DNA of 64,000 nucleotides. It comes from Flavihumibacter cheonanensis (GTDB lineage Bacteria; Bacteroidota; Bacteroidia; Chitinophagales; Chitinophagaceae). Positions 1 through 8,652 of the stretch are shown in pieces. Where the stretch lies: assembly GCF_022352215.1 (NCBI RefSeq), contig NZ_JAKRWF010000003.1:165854-229853 (forward strand), given 5' to 3'. Numbering within the stretch: the first letter of the stretch is position 1; every line of letters starts with the position of its first letter. The position numbers and the translations under genes are program-made. The notes beneath the pieces were generated by a model. That model was not told where the DNA came from, did not search any database, and saw only the letters and a list, made by a program, of their open reading frames with translations.

Positions 1-1781
1 GTGGCACTGAGTTCGTTGGCCAATCGTTTTACAATGGACAAACCGAGGCCGGTAGAGGCTTCACCGGCTGTGGGTTTTGGAGAAAGGCGACCATATCGGC
101 TAAACAGCTGCTGCTGCTCCTGCTTACTAATACCAGGACCATTATCTTCCACAATAAGATCAGTAAAAACAGGTCCGGCCTCAATTAAAACCCTTACTGG
201 CTGACCCGGCTCACTGAATTTAATGGCATTCGAGAGCAAATTCTCTACAATACGCTGCAGGAGCTGCTGATCTGTCAGCAGGTAGACCTCCGATTCGCTG
301 GACGGGCCATATAGCCGGATCTTTTTCTCATTTGCAACCGGCTGAAACTGGTCCACAACATGATGCAGAAAAGCAGTAAGATTAATTTCCTCCAGTTCCA
401 GTTTTTCCTGAGTTGTGCCGGCTCTTTCCACTTCCAGTATCTGCCGTATCAACCGTTCGCCATTTTCTGCTGCTTTCCGGATATTCTGTGTGGCTTTTTT
501 CTGCTCCTCATTCATGTGCTCATCCGTTTCCAGCAACCGGCTCCACAAATGAATGCTCGAGAAAGGTGTACTCAGGTCATGCGATACAATACTCATCAGG
601 TTGTTTTTCTCCTGGTTCAATTCTGACAAAGCCTCTTTCTGGCGATTAATAACAGCATTAACTTTTACCAGTTGGCGGTTGGATTTGCGGTAAACTATAA
701 GCAGAACGACACTCAACACCAGGATCAAAAATGCGGCAAGACTGAGTGATCGGAGGTTCCGGTTCTGCAATTTTTCTTTTTCAATGGCGGCCTGTAGCAA
801 CTGGTTTTGTTTTTCGCGGTCGCGGGCATTGAATCGTTCCTGCATTTCTGCAATGGAAGCAGCAGTCTCCTGGTTGACAAGCGCTGTGTCCAGCTGGTAC
901 CAGTTTTGCTGGAACTTATACGCTTCGCGGTATCGCCCCAATCGCTCATACAGTTTGGCCAACAGTGCGTAGGAATCGGCCTCCTTACTTCTGGAATTCA
1001 AAAGCTTTGCCAGTCGTAATGCCTCCCCGCAATAAAACCGTGCTGAATCCATTCGTCCCAGTTCAATGTAAACGTCACCCAGGTTCAGATAATCCGTCCA
1101 GAGGAGTGTCTCCTGCCCTTCTCCCTGGTGCAGCGCTTTATTGGTAATGAAATAATTCAACGCTTTTTGGTAATCCCTTTTTTTAAAAAAAACATTACCC
1201 AGGTTATTGTAAATACTGGACAGAGACTGGCTGGTATTGTATTCGTTCGAAAGTCGAAGACCCTCTTCCAGAAAGAGCCGGGCACTATCAGGTTTATCCA
1301 ACAGATTGTAAATCGCCCCCAGGTTACCTAATCCAGATATAATGCTGGATACTTCGCCCCTGTCTAAGGACAATTGAAGGGATTGTTTGTATACATCCCT
1401 TGCTTTTTCATATTGTTTGACTTCACTGTATGCAATAGCAAGATCACTTAAGGCCGCAATTTCATATTCAATCCATTTACCGGCTCTTGCATCATTCAAA
1501 GTTTGTAAGTAGAATGCAATGGCAGCTTCGTAATTTCCGGAATATTCCTCTGCCAGACCTCTCAGGCGATTGGCTAGCAAACGCCCCTTAGTGAATCCTG
1601 TCTTAGATGATTGCGTTTCGATTTTATCTGCATTCCCCCTTAAATCAGTTACGCGGTCATCTGGAAAATCAAGAGAAAGATCGTACAAATTTTTGATGGC
1701 ATTGGTGTCAGGCTGCTGCGCCTGTAAAAGTCCACCATAAACGGATAACAGAACTGCTAATATGAACCGGTAGCTAATCAA
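1..1781 (-). CDS. TPR-repeat sensor histidine kinase (partial, 3' end runs off window). The reverse translation shows a signal/TM segment, TPR-like repeats, a second TM, a HisKA H-box (SIVSHDLSTP) and HATPase_c. The probable start is a TTG codon overlapping the stop of the downstream response regulator.
   Basis: I translated the reverse complement of 1..1781 by hand and it is a continuous ORF. It is absent from the ORF track because it has no ATG start. HisKA and HATPase_c motifs are present, and it is paired with a LuxR-type response regulator. Confidence 0.75.
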   Translation of the reverse strand, partial: MISYRFILAVLLSVYGGLLQAQQPDTNAIKNLYDLSLDFPDDRVTDLRGNADKIETQSSKTGFTKGRLLANRLRGLAEEYSGNYEAAIAFYLQTLNDARAGKWIEYEIAALSDLAIAYSEVKQYEKARDVYKQSLQLSLDRGEVSSIISGLGNLGAIYNLLDKPDSARLFLEEGLRLSNEYNTSQSLSSIYNNLGNVFFKKRDYQKALNYFITNKALHQGEGQETLLWTDYLNLGDVYIELGRMDSARFYCGEALRLAKLLNSRSKEADSYALLAKLYERLGRYREAYKFQQNWYQLDTALVNQETAASIAEMQERFNARDREKQNQLLQAAIEKEKLQNRNLRSLSLAAFLILVLSVVLLIVYRKSNRQLVKVNAVINRQKEALSELNQEKNNLMSIVSHDLSTPFSSIHLWSRLLETDEHMNEEQKKATQNIRKAAENGERLIRQILEVERAGTTQEKLELEEINLTAFLHHVVDQFQPVANEKKIRLYGPSSESEVYLLTDQQLLQRIVENLLSNAIKFSEPGQPVRVLIEAGPVFTDLIVEDNGPGISKQEQQQLFSRYGRLSPKPTAGEASTGLGLSIVKRLANELSA

Positions 1782-2418
1782 TGAGATTATTCCTCAGTGC
1801 AAATTTTACAAGTCCCACCGTATTCTGTACCCCCAGTTTGGAAATCAGATTTTTACGATGGGTTTCAATAGTGCTGACACTCAAAAAAAGTTGCTGCGCA
1901 ATTTCAGCGTTGCTGTATTCCCTGCATACGAGTCGCAACACTTCAATTTCCCGCCTGGATAATATTTCATCTACTTTGCGATCCTCAATAGTCAGGGTAT
2001 TGCGAAAATTTTCTCCTCCCAAAATATCGACTTCCTTACTAAAATAAGTTCCGCCTTCCTGTACAGTTTTCAAAGCCAGCAACAACTCTTCAATAGAAGC
2101 GTTTTTCAGAATGTAACCCTGGATATTGAATTTGGATAAACGATGAACATACCGCGTTCCCCGCATCAGTGTCAGGTACAAAATTTTTTGCTCAGGCCGA
2201 ATCTTTCTTATCTCACGCAATAGTACATCTTCTTCCATATCCGGCAGGTTGACATCCAGTAACAGTATATCCTCCGTTGATAAATTCGGAAGCTGCTGCA
2301 GCAGCTGGCTGGCAAGCTGACAGGATCCTACTACCTGCAGGGTCGGTTGTTTCGCTAATAACAGGGAAAGTCCCTCCAGATACATCTCATGATCATCTAC
2401 TATAAAAACCCTGGTCAT
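1774..2418 (-). CDS. Two-component response regulator, NarL/LuxR family (REC domain plus C-terminal LuxR HTH)
   Basis: The N-terminus has the IVDDH receiver motif. The C-terminus has the EIEVLRLVCREYSNAEIAQQLFLSVSTIETHRKNL LuxR-type HTH. Confidence 0.9.
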   Translation of the reverse strand: MTRVFIVDDHEMYLEGLSLLLAKQPTLQVVGSCQLASQLLQQLPNLSTEDILLLDVNLPDMEEDVLLREIRKIRPEQKILYLTLMRGTRYVHRLSKFNIQGYILKNASIEELLLALKTVQEGGTYFSKEVDILGGENFRNTLTIEDRKVDEILSRREIEVLRLVCREYSNAEIAQQLFLSVSTIETHRKNLISKLGVQNTVGLVKFALRNNLID

Positions 2419-2560
2419 GCTTGAAAATATGTTTAATAAATATTGCTTTACAGATAAGTCACCTATTACAAAGAAACTATATTTTACCCTTACTTAAAAC
2501 GAAAACGCCGGATAGAATCCGACGTTTTCAATAAAAAGCTACCTGGACAGCCTTACCTGT

Positions 2561-3778
2561 TTACAAATTTTCAATGATCCCGGCTATTCCCTGCCCTCCA
2601 CCTACACAGGCCGTTACCATTCCATATTTTTTATTGAGGCGCTTCATATCATGAATTAATTGAATACTTAATTTAGCACCCGTGCAACCCAACGGATGCC
2701 CGAGGGCAATAGCTCCGCCATTGATATTAACTTTCTCAGGATCCAGACCGGCTTCACGAATAACTGCCAGCGCCTGACTGGCGAATGCTTCGTTTAATTC
2801 GACGAGATCTACCTGGGAAAGTGACAGGCCTGCCTGCTGAACTGCTTTAGGAATAGCAGCAACCGGACCGATTCCCATAATTCGGGGATGCACACCGGCA
2901 CTTGCACAACTTACCAGTCTGGCTAGTGGTTGTAACCCCAGTTCCTTCACCATGGATTCACTCATAACTACCACAAATGCTGCACCATCACTGGTTTGAG
3001 AGGAATTACCGGCCGTAACAACTCCACCTGCAGCGAAAGCAGGTTTGAGTTTGGCAAGTGCTTCCAGGCTGGTATCAGCACGTGGGCCTTCATCCGTATC
3101 CACCACGTATTCTTTTTTCTGTTTTTTGCCTTTGGCATCCAGGTAAACCTGTTCCACTTTCATGGGCAGAATACCTGGTTTGAAAAAGCCGTTTTCTATC
3201 GCGTGAATGGCTTTGCGATGGCTGTTATAAGAGAATTCATCCTGCGCTTCCCGGCTCACTGAAAATTCTTTGGCCACTGCTTCTGCCGTTAAGCCCATGC
3301 TCAGATAATAATCGGGATTTTCAGTTGCCACACTATACGCCGGAACTGTTTTCCAGCCTGCTGTTGGAACCATACTCATACTCTCTGTACCTCCCGCAAT
3401 AATGCAGGAAGCTTGCCCCGACCGGATCTTTGCCGTTGCTATAGCGATGGTTTCCAATCCACTTGCACAATAGCGGTTGACGGTCATACCCGGAACTTCA
3501 ATACCCAGGGCACGAACCGAAATCATTCTGCCCACCTGTAAACCCTGTTCAGCTTCCGGTACAGCATTTCCAACAATCAGATCATCCACCCGCTTGGGAT
3601 CCAGTTGCGGCACACTGGCCATTAACCCTTTGATCAGATCAACCGCCAGGTCATCCGGCCTGTAAAACCGAAAGCCTCCCCGTTTGGATTTTGTCACTGC
3701 TGTGCGAAAGCCAGCTACGATGTAAGCGTCTTGCATGAAATTAGGAATTAGAAATTGTGAATCAGGAAGAAGTATCAA
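2561..3778 (-). CDS. Acetyl-CoA C-acyltransferase (thiolase)
   Basis: It is 405 aa with thiolase motifs ([11 protein letters not shown], and the C-terminal [11 protein letters not shown] next to the catalytic Cys region). Confidence 0.9.
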   Translation of the reverse strand: MILLPDSQFLIPNFMQDAYIVAGFRTAVTKSKRGGFRFYRPDDLAVDLIKGLMASVPQLDPKRVDDLIVGNAVPEAEQGLQVGRMISVRALGIEVPGMTVNRYCASGLETIAIATAKIRSGQASCIIAGGTESMSMVPTAGWKTVPAYSVATENPDYYLSMGLTAEAVAKEFSVSREAQDEFSYNSHRKAIHAIENGFFKPGILPMKVEQVYLDAKGKKQKKEYVVDTDEGPRADTSLEALAKLKPAFAAGGVVTAGNSSQTSDGAAFVVVMSESMVKELGLQPLARLVSCASAGVHPRIMGIGPVAAIPKAVQQAGLSLSQVDLVELNEAFASQALAVIREAGLDPEKVNINGGAIALGHPLGCTGAKLSIQLIHDMKRLNKKYGMVTACVGGGQGIAGIIENL

Positions 3779-3910
3779 TTCATACTTCAGAATTCATACT
3801 TCTACCTTCAAATTGGTTGCATAGACAACCTTCTTCATCAAATTTAGGAGAATCCGCGTAGATGGAAAAGATTTTTTTGCAATCCCCCTGCAATGGTTTT
3901 TTTTTGATTT

Positions 3911-4957
3911 ATGTATTCTTTTATACGCACCCTTCTTTTCTGGCTACCTGCTGAAACAGCACATTATTTCTCGATGAACAGCCTGCAATTTTTCTGTGGG
4001 ATACCGTTTGTCCGCAGCCTGGTACGACGGAACTTTTCTTATGAGCTGGCCAAACCGGTTAAAGCATTCGGGCTGGAATTCAGAAATGGAGTTGGACTCG
4101 CGGCTGGCTTTGATAAAAATGCCAGATACCTGAGAGAATTGGAATTACTGGGTTTCGGATTTGTGGAGATCGGAACAGTTACCCCACAACCTCAGGAAGG
4201 AAATCCCAAACCCCGCCTCTTTCGCCTGCCTAAAGACAAGGCACTCATCAACCGCATGGGATTTAATAACGACGGCGTAAAAGTAGTAGCTGAGCGGTTG
4301 AAGAACTGGAAATTAGCTCAGTCCTTTACCAAAGAAGGAATATCCCGGCTGATTGTAGGTGGTAATATTGGCAAAAATAAAGTCACCCCGAATGAAGATG
4401 CCTGGAAAGATTATGAAATCTGTTTCCGGGAATTATTTGATGTGGTTGATTATTTTGTGGTGAATGTAAGTTCTCCCAACACTCCCGGCTTAAGAGCGCT
4501 GCAGGAGAAAGACGCGTTGCACAAAATCTTATCTCATCTGCAAACCATCAATGCACAACAGCCGCACCCCAAACCCCTTTTCCTGAAAATTGCTCCTGAT
4601 TTAACGCGCGAGCAGGTGGATGATGTGGTGGACCTGGCCAGGGAAATCCAACTGGATGGTTTAGTAGTGAGCAATACGACCATATCCAGAGATGGTTTGC
4701 AAACCAATCCGAAGGAACTGGAAAACATCGGCGCGGGTGGATTGAGCGGTGCACCCATACGAGAGCGGGCTACTGAATTGGTGCGTTATATTTGCCAGCA
4801 ATCCGAGAATGAAATTCCCGTAATTGCCAGTGGAGGTATTTTTTCAGGAGCAGATGCCCTTGAGAAAATCCAGGCAGGCGCCTGCCTGGTACAGGTATGG
4901 ACTGGTTTTATCTATGCAGGCCCAACTATTGCAAAGCAGATCTGTAAATCAATTTAA
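3911..4957 (+). CDS. pyrD: Dihydroorotate dehydrogenase (quinone), class 2
   Basis: It is 348 aa with an N-terminal membrane-association helix, the GFGFVEIGTVTPQPQEGNPKPRLFRL motif and a C-terminal FMN-binding GGI motif. Confidence 0.9.
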   Translation: MYSFIRTLLFWLPAETAHYFSMNSLQFFCGIPFVRSLVRRNFSYELAKPVKAFGLEFRNGVGLAAGFDKNARYLRELELLGFGFVEIGTVTPQPQEGNPKPRLFRLPKDKALINRMGFNNDGVKVVAERLKNWKLAQSFTKEGISRLIVGGNIGKNKVTPNEDAWKDYEICFRELFDVVDYFVVNVSSPNTPGLRALQEKDALHKILSHLQTINAQQPHPKPLFLKIAPDLTREQVDDVVDLAREIQLDGLVVSNTTISRDGLQTNPKELENIGAGGLSGAPIRERATELVRYICQQSENEIPVIASGGIFSGADALEKIQAGACLVQVWTGFIYAGPTIAKQICKSI

Positions 4958-4976
4958 ATAATTATTCAACCCAGAT

Positions 4977-5789
4977 ATGGAACACCTGTTAACCACCGAA
5001 AGCATCATCAGTTTTATCATACTGGTTGTTTTGGAAGTAGTACTCGGAATCGACAATGTGATCTTTGTAAGTATCATCATGAACCGATTGCCGGAGGAAA
5101 AAGACCAGAAAAAAGCGAGAAGATACTGGATGATCGTTGGTATCATCATGCGCAGCGCCCTTTTGTTTGGTTTGACCTGGTTATTGGGGCAGAAAGGCAA
5201 AAACCTTTTTTCCATTGGCAGTAAAGGATTTGACCTGGCCAGCCTGGTAATGCTGTTTGGGGGCCTGTTCCTGATTTATAAATCCGTAAAGGAAATACAC
5301 CACAAACTGGAGGGAGATGATCCCACAGAGAAAGCTGAAAAAAAAGCCGGACTAGGATTTGCACAGGCAATGGCACAAATTATTATTCTGGATGCCGTGT
5401 TTTCCTTTGATAGTATCCTTACAGCAGGAGGTACTGCCAAACACATCGAGATCATGATTGCTGCAGTGGTTATCGCTATGTTTGTGATGTTCCGGTTTAG
5501 TCCCAATATTTCGGGTTTCATACACAAACACCCAACTTTAAAAATGCTGGCATTATCCTTCCTGGTGATGATTGGCCTTAGCCTTGTTATCGAAGGATGG
5601 GATAGTGAAGCAGCCCATGAGCTGCATCTAAAAAACTATATCTATTTCGGAATGGCGTTTTCTGTGGGAGTTGAAATGCTGAACATGGCAATGCGGAAAA
5701 AGACCAAATTGGCGCCGGTTTCCCTTCGTGAGCCCAAATTGCCAACTGATAAAGGGACTGCTGATGATTATTCCGATATGGCGAGGTAA
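4977..5789 (+). CDS. TerC family integral membrane protein
   Basis: It has multiple TM helices and the TerC-type LEVVLGIDNVIFVS motif. Confidence 0.8.
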   Translation: MEHLLTTESIISFIILVVLEVVLGIDNVIFVSIIMNRLPEEKDQKKARRYWMIVGIIMRSALLFGLTWLLGQKGKNLFSIGSKGFDLASLVMLFGGLFLIYKSVKEIHHKLEGDDPTEKAEKKAGLGFAQAMAQIIILDAVFSFDSILTAGGTAKHIEIMIAAVVIAMFVMFRFSPNISGFIHKHPTLKMLALSFLVMIGLSLVIEGWDSEAAHELHLKNYIYFGMAFSVGVEMLNMAMRKKTKLAPVSLREPKLPTDKGTADDYSDMAR

Positions 5790-5791
5790 TA

Positions 5792-6493
5792 CTAGGTAAT
5801 ACAAAGCAGGGTGGCGCCAACCACTCCGGCGGTTTCCGTTCGGAGCCGGGTCTTACCCAATGTTACAGGAACAAAACCGGATTGCAATGCCAATTCAATT
5901 TCTTCCGGCGTAAAATCTCCTTCCGGGCCAATCAACAGGAGCTGGCTATCTCCGGATACAGCAGCTGAACGCAGCGATGTTCGCTCTGTTTCAAGGCAAT
6001 GTGCAATCCATTTCCGATTGTAACCATCCAGTTGAAGCAGGTCATTATAGCGGAAAGACTGGGTAAGTTCGGGTATCCATGCCTGTTGGCTCTGCAGCAT
6101 CGCGCTTATCAGGATTTGCTGCATTCGTTCCTGCCGGAATTGCTGCTTTTCTGTTCGATGTGCAATAACTGGAATGATTCTTCGTATACCAATCTCCGTT
6201 ACTTTCTCCAGGAACCATTCAAAACGCGTACTATTTTTTACAGGAGAAATAGCAATGGTTACATTGAGTCGCTGATCAGGCTCCTGATCTGCATGAAGAA
6301 CCTCAACACCCGCTCTCTTTTTATGTGCTTCGGTTATACGACACCGTAAAACAAGTCCTTTTCCATTGGTTAACAGCAATTCTTCTCCTTCCTGCATACG
6401 CAATACTGCGATCGCATGCCGTGAATTGCTTTCATCCAGCTGAAACTGTGTAGCCCCATCATACGTGCTGAGATAAAAAAAGGGAAGCGCCAT
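5792..6493 (-). CDS. rsmE: 16S rRNA (uracil1498-N3)-methyltransferase RsmE
   Basis: It is 233 aa. The N-terminal PUA-like region and the C-terminal SPOUT fold pattern are typical of RsmE. Confidence 0.8.
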   Translation of the reverse strand: MALPFFYLSTYDGATQFQLDESNSRHAIAVLRMQEGEELLLTNGKGLVLRCRITEAHKKRAGVEVLHADQEPDQRLNVTIAISPVKNSTRFEWFLEKVTEIGIRRIIPVIAHRTEKQQFRQERMQQILISAMLQSQQAWIPELTQSFRYNDLLQLDGYNRKWIAHCLETERTSLRSAAVSGDSQLLLIGPEGDFTPEEIELALQSGFVPVTLGKTRLRTETAGVVGATLLCIT

Positions 6494-8076
6494 TAGAACG
6501 GTGTTTCATCGTCATCAAAGGGAACATCGTTCATACGGCTGCCGATCTGGCGATAACCGCTTCCCATATCCGGGCCTGCCCCCATTGCACCTCCACCACC
6601 GGCAGAACCAATGGGTTTCCAGCCGGTCGGTAACTGACCAGCAGGTGCGCCATCTCCGCCTTCAATGCCCTCATCCACAAATTTCTGAATATGCAACATG
6701 GCGCGTAGTTTAATCGTTTCCAGTGAACCGTTCCGGTGTTTCGCAATCCGCACATGGGTTTCACCTTTCACACTCTCACCGTTTTCATTCGCATTGAGAT
6801 CATAATATTCAGGACGATAAATAAACATTACCATATCTGCATCCTGCTCGATAGCACCTGATTCCCGGAGATCACTCAACTGCGGCATCTTATTTCCTTC
6901 CTTTCGGGTTTCTACCGCCCGGCTCAACTGTGAAAGAGCAATGATTGGTACTTCCAGTTCTTTCGCCAGTTGTTTTAGCGAGCGGGAAATCTGGGAAATC
7001 TCCTGTTCCCGGTTGGTATTGCCACCGGCACCGCTCATTAACTGGAGGTAGTCGATGATAATCAATCCGAGGTCGTGTTTGTTTTTCAGACGGCGGCATT
7101 TGGCGCGCAATTCGAAAATATTCAGCGCAGCTGTATCATCTATAAAAATCTTAGCCTCCGACAACCGCTGGATCCCCTTGGCATAGAGTTGTTTCATCTC
7201 ATACTCTTCCAGTTTACCGCGACTTATTTTCTCCAGCCAGATTTCAGACTCTGCGGAAAGGATACGTTGTACCAACTGGCCGGCACTCATTTCAAGGCTG
7301 AATACCGCCACCGCAGTGGGTCGGGTCGGATTCAATGCGGCATTACGGGCTAGGTTAAGTGCAAAAGCGGTTTTACCTACTGCGGGACGTGCCGCCAGGA
7401 TGATCAAATCCGTTTTCTGCCAGCCAAAAGTAACTTTATCGATACTGGGGAAACCAGATGGAACACCTGATATATCCTCCGTTTGATTGCGTAAATCTTC
7501 AATTCGCTGAACCGCCTGAACAAGTACTGAATCAATGGAATTGTAATCTTTCCGCAGGTGATTGTTGGTAATGTCAAAGAGTTTGCTCTCTGCTGCATCC
7601 AACAAATCAAATACATCCGTGGAATCTTCATAAGCATCCGCAATTACTTCACCACTGATCCGGATGAGTTCGCGCTGTATGAACTTCTGAAGAATAATCC
7701 GGGAGTGGGCATCTATATTGGCAGAAGAAACAACCGTATTGGTGAGTTTGGTAACATAATAGGGTCCCCCCACCATTTCCAGTTCCTCCCGCTTACGGAG
7801 TTCTTCCACCACCGTGAGAATATCGATGGGCTGACTCTTTTGGGACAATGCCTGCATAGCCCGAAAAATGCGCTGATGCGAATCGACATAAAAACATTCG
7901 GGCTTCAGAATTTCCACAACCGTATCAAAAGCAGTTTTCTCCAGCATAATGGCACCCAGTACGGCTTCCTCAAGGTCTTTGGCCTGGGGAGGAACTTTTC
8001 CATACACCATGGTGCTCAGGTCAAGGGTGCCCTTGCGCCTGTTTTTTCGGTCTTTATTTAGATTAGTAATATCCAT
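6493..8076 (-). CDS. dnaB: Replicative DNA helicase DnaB with a C-terminal Gly-rich extension ending in PFDDDETPF
   Basis: It has the DnaB N-terminal domain, Walker A (GKTAFALN), Walker B and the RecA-like core. It is 527 aa, about 50 aa longer than typical DnaB. Confidence 0.95.
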   Translation of the reverse strand: MDITNLNKDRKNRRKGTLDLSTMVYGKVPPQAKDLEEAVLGAIMLEKTAFDTVVEILKPECFYVDSHQRIFRAMQALSQKSQPIDILTVVEELRKREELEMVGGPYYVTKLTNTVVSSANIDAHSRIILQKFIQRELIRISGEVIADAYEDSTDVFDLLDAAESKLFDITNNHLRKDYNSIDSVLVQAVQRIEDLRNQTEDISGVPSGFPSIDKVTFGWQKTDLIILAARPAVGKTAFALNLARNAALNPTRPTAVAVFSLEMSAGQLVQRILSAESEIWLEKISRGKLEEYEMKQLYAKGIQRLSEAKIFIDDTAALNIFELRAKCRRLKNKHDLGLIIIDYLQLMSGAGGNTNREQEISQISRSLKQLAKELEVPIIALSQLSRAVETRKEGNKMPQLSDLRESGAIEQDADMVMFIYRPEYYDLNANENGESVKGETHVRIAKHRNGSLETIKLRAMLHIQKFVDEGIEGGDGAPAGQLPTGWKPIGSAGGGGAMGAGPDMGSGYRQIGSRMNDVPFDDDETPF

Positions 8077-8652
8077 TTGAACTTTGCAACGTTACCAGAA
8101 CATTATGAAATCGTGAATCAGGTGTTAACACCTATAATCAGGACGGCGAATATAGACCCCCACCCAACTTCGAAAAAATTTTTTAAACCGTTTAGTTTTG
8201 CTAAAGTAATGCAGGAGTTTATCCACAGCTATCAGACGGTTATCCACGGTTAAAGGTGGTATATACACAATTTAAAAAAGTTTTCCTTGATATGGCAATC
8301 TTTATTCACACCAGTTGTGAACAAAGATTTTGGGGCAGATCGTTGGCCAGATACTAGAATTACCAGAATGGCGTTTCCGGCGATTTTGTTTGGTTCTGAG
8401 GTTCATTAAATCGCCCAAAAATGAAGCAGGAGGGGCATTGCGGCGATACCAGCATTTTGACAAAACAACTCAAATACAATGCAGGCAACTGTTTCACGCA
8501 TTTAAAAAAAACAGTAAAATCACCTTTTTTTTCTAAAAGCATCGGTTTCACTACTGTTTCACGCATCCACCAAACTTCAGTTGACAACCAGTGGAACATG
8601 CTGAAGAAGTGCTGAAGGATGCCTGCACAATCTGTTATATTTGCGTTCTTAA

